Shown here piece by piece: positions 59,258 to 64,000 of a DNA stretch of 64,000 bases. A program made the position numbers and the translations under genes. Below the pieces are notes generated by a model. The model was not told where the DNA came from. It saw only the letters and a list, made by a program, of their open reading frames with translations, and searched no databases. Position 1 is the stretch's first letter; every line of letters starts with the position of its first letter. The stretch comes from Eledone cirrhosa (Eukaryota): NCBI GenBank assembly GCA_964016885.1, contig OZ024740.1:110484001-110548000 (forward strand), in the 5' to 3' direction.

Positions 59258-60429
59258 TGTATGTATGTATGTATGTATGTATGTATGTATGTATGTATGT
59301 ATGTATGTATGTATGTATGTACGTACGTATGTATGTATGTATGTATTATGTATGTATGTATGTGTATTTGTATGTATTATCTATGTAGGTATGCATGTAT
59401 GTATAAAAGCGTGGCGAACTCTAGGCCTACCATTCCACCAGCTCTAGAGTAATTATCCTACCATCAGTAGAGTACGCAATGTCTCAAACCTTTAATCATT
59501 GGACTACACGGCCCCACTCTCGTTTTCCTACAACTAATGTGCGTCAACGAATCTGTTTGATATTTATGTTTAAACTGGTGGAAACATCTTGGCAAAATGA
59601 TTGCTAATTTCGCTTCACAATCATATTTAATTTCTAGATTATTTCGTTTGCCATTAGAAGTTCTTCAAATGACTGCGGTGTACTATGCCATTGACTCAAC
59701 AGACAAAGGAAAAATATTACAAGTTTCAATCACGTCAATGTTAGTTTATTTTGTTGATGGATAGGACATAACTTTCGCCAGTTCAGTGCACTTTTAGGGG
59801 TATACTGATTATTGCTTTGTCGGTGGTTAAGACACGTAACTTTCGCTAGTTCAGTTGACTTATAGGGAGAATACTGACCATTGCAGAAAAACAAGTATCG
59901 TTGAATGCTTAAGAAATTCGCATTGTAACTATTAAATTATAGGAGACATCTTGAGCAGGTGTCATTTACCATAGTCATGGGTCCACTCATTCCTTATGAG
60001 TGAAACTGAGTAGATGGAAGTTCGTCTGATGGACTGTATTGCGAAATCCCCCTGACAAATACGCTAACGATACATGTGTTTGTGGAATGCTCAGCCATTT
60101 AAACATTAATTCCATGTGCAGGCGGTTTCGTTGATTGAACAACTGGAATAGTCATCGTCAAAAACGACGTAGACCCATTCCAGTTACCCATTCTCCACCT
60201 TAATCTGCATGACTAGGCTGTGTAAAACTGAAACTCAACAAACTCAAGACAGACTCCCGTAATTCCTATAATTGACTGCTTCACAACAACACATTCCTCA
60301 CTTAACTGTGGTAAGCTAATCTAATAAGGAAATACCTAAAAACCAATAACTCCTCCATTCATTCGATTCCACCACACCATTCCTCTGTCTATCTATCTGC
60401 CCGCTTGCCTGTCTTCTCTTTCGTTTTTT

Positions 60430-60533
<104 letters not shown>

Positions 60534-60554
60534 ACACACACACACATACACACA

Positions 60555-60625
<71 letters not shown>

Positions 60626-60641
60626 CTATATATGTATACAT

Positions 60642-60746
<105 letters not shown>

Positions 60747-60827
60747 GTATGTATATATATATATATATATATACATACATACATATACATATATATACAT
60801 ATATACGTATATATATATATATGTATG

Positions 60828-60938
<111 letters not shown>

Positions 60939-60976
60939 ATATATGTATATGTATGTATGTATATATATATATATAT

Positions 60977-61062
<86 letters not shown>

Positions 61063-61379
61063 CTATGTTTGCATGTTTTTAAAGAGCCTGTGTGTCTTAG
61101 AGCAGTGTGCAGTGGTGGCGGTGGAGGTGGTGTTGGTGGAGGACTTGCTGCTGTCAAGTGAATGAATCTTTCTGATGATATGCTTGATGCTTGCTAGAAA
61201 ACAGAAAACACCATCAAATCTCATGATAAGTTGATCTGACGTAGATTATCGTAAATCACTTGGTTAAAGGCTAAATAAGACGAAGATCAGCATCTTTGAA
61301 GACAAGTAGTTCCTTTATCCACCAGACTGGCTGGTTGGCTGTTGGTAACATTGATTTACCGCTAGATGGAGTTACTTGC

Positions 61380-61532
61380 TTGCATCAGGTAAGAGATACG
61401 CCAGAGCATATCTTGTCTTTCTTTCTCTTTCGCTTTCATTCTCCTGCCTAAGAAACACATCTGACTGACGGTCTCCATCCAATCCAGGCACCCACACTCC
61501 TCGCCTCTCAACTCATAGCCGTCACGGCTGCC
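61380..61532 (-). CDS. Possible isolated host exon (end of a PH domain plus coiled coil, RasGRF-like)
   Basis: 153 nt between a cag acceptor and a GC-type donor gcaagt; YELRGEECGCLDWMETVSQ...ERQDMLWRISYLMQ loosely recalls RasGRF PH1-CC, from memory only. Confidence 0.25.
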
Positions 61533-61779
61533 CTGCCCAAAGCGAGAAGCATGAATGATGGAGATGGATAGCGGACATAGTGATACGATAAAGAAAGTGA
61601 GAAGGGGAATGTTAACGGTCCTCAAAAATGTGCAAGACAAACAGAGAAGACAAAAAGAACAATGATAAAACGAATAAGTTATGAAAGACATAGAAATGAA
61701 AAAATGAAATAGAATAGAATAAAGATGGATGTGTAAACACATACACACACATACACAAACACACACTCATACACACGCA

Positions 61780-61856
<77 letters not shown>

Positions 61857-62024
61857 CACAAGTCATAAAAGGAAGAAAAGAAGCAAAAGAAGGGAATATA
61901 TATAAGAAAATGAATGATAAAGACCAACAAACACAAGACACCATAATCTAACGCTCTCTGTCAAATCCCATCCTTAGGATACACACATATACATCTCTCT
62001 CTCGCTCTCTCTCTCTCTTTCTCT

Positions 62025-62077
<53 letters not shown>

Positions 62078-62170
62078 TATACATATATATATACATAAAT
62101 AATATATATATATAATACACAATATATATATATAATACACAAAAATAAATAAATATATATATATATGTGC

Positions 62171-62239
<69 letters not shown>

Positions 62240-62370
62240 TATGTATGTTTATAAGCATGTATGTACACTAGCATATTATTCACGGTGGGTAGACAATAGA
62301 CAAATCAACAAGAGCGGGGAGAAGAAAAGAAGGAACAGTAATAATAATATTAATACAAATAATAACAATA

Positions 62371-62417
<47 letters not shown>

Positions 62418-62664
62418 ACGTAAATTGTAAAATGATTCTTCAAGCATCATCCATGAATGATAACGCATGTGGGGGAGAGGGAGGCTGGAGGCCCAGCGAG
62501 CTGGAAGCTGTGAGGTGAGATGAAGTGAGTTGAGATGAGGCCATGATAAAAACCAACACACCAATCGTAGATAAAGAACGATGGTAAGAAACGACCGGTA
62601 GTCATAGTAATTGTTGCCAGTGACAACTCTTCGCAGATCGGAAAGACAGATAGAATCTATAGAT

Positions 62665-62800
<136 letters not shown>

Positions 62801-64000
62801 TGGAGGCGGGAAAATTGTGGGATTGTTGATTTCTAGATGTCACATTCACGTTTGATTGAAAGGGCTTTCGGGTATCATCAACCATGACTTTTGACTTGTC
62901 CACATTTTCTGACAATGACATGATGCTGTAAACCAAGACTCATTGATTTTTAGATAGGAGATCTCTACGTGCCAACGTCTTCAAACAATTAACTGATGGT
63001 GACTGCGATACTTCCGGTCCTGTAATGACGTCTTACAATATCACACGGCATTCCTGAGACACGTAGCCACCACTGTTGCTAATGACGCCGATACTATGAT
63101 GTCGTTAGCAACAGCATATTTGCTTCTGATGTCAATAAATGATAGTTTTGATACTATACTATATAAATAGACACACCAATGCGTGTCTATATACTCGACA
63201 GATGTTAATGTCTCTATGTTTTCACGTCTCACTAGTATACTACGTGACGCCATGGGATATGGCCATGTAAGTATATCATCATGTGATGTCCATACCATCT
63301 CACATTTGCAAAGATACAACATAATACAACATAGTCTCGCTATATATATGATAATATGTCTCACAGCTGGAGTTCTCACTCCATATTACTGACAAGTTTT
63401 TGCAGAGTTTGCCTTATTGTGACAAACATAATGCCATTAGAATAAATGTGTCGCTACATGGTTTCTAGATCCTCTAGATGTAAAAGTCAAATCCCTTCAA
63501 CACCCCCTTGCAGTCTTAGAATATAAAAAAGTACATTGGATACAATAGTTTTAGATATGCGAAAAGATTGGGTGATCATGGTTTTAGTGTCTTTGATCTA
63601 GGTTTTCTCAGCCTGCAGCTAAACCACGACAACTAGCGGAGGATATAGCCAGCTTCTGGACGTGTGCGGCCTAACAGTGCTATATGGGGTACTTAAATAT
63701 TCAGGACTAGATCTATAGACACTCATTCATGTGTCTGTGCATTGCCAGCTTGTGGTCTGGTGTCGACTAGCGTACATGCAGTTAACCTTGGTCTGGTGTC
63801 TATTACAAAAGAAGTTGTGAGGGGTGCCTCAACGGGAAATACTGAGAACAAATGCTTCCCTCCTCGTCAAAGCTATCCATTTTCTTTTCAAGTTACTTCT
63901 TAGAAAACTTAGAGATGGAGGTCTTGCCATCCACTAAACTAACTGAATGAAGTATGGTGCGACTTAACAAGAACGGCTGTGTGTAAATACTTACTTTATC

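Overview
This is AT-rich eukaryotic (animal) DNA dominated by (TA)n, (CA)n, (CATA)n and (GA)n microsatellites. The repeat content, including tRNA-derived SINEs, suggests a cephalopod such as octopus; this is inference. No intact host gene is confidently visible, and almost all ORF-track entries are microsatellite artefacts. Recognisable content: (1) a 5'-truncated Penelope-like retroelement ORF (RT plus GIY-YIG, Naiad-like) at 41036-42628 and smaller fragments of the same class; (2) at least seven sequence-unrelated families of minimal type-I hammerhead ribozymes in short elements in or beside (TA)n tracts, including a 312-bp tandem retrozyme-like array at 1681-2857, often arranged as fold-back pairs and in several families preceded by an octamer/PSE-like/TATA module; (3) a decayed R4/Dong-type RLE LINE, L1/Tx1 and CRE LINE fragments, three copies of a short bipartite RTE derivative and several SINEs; (4) an intronless, frameshifted MAK16 retrocopy; (5) a ~7.4-kb minisatellite with a 45-bp unit. 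All folds and homologies were read by eye, and nothing was computed or searched.
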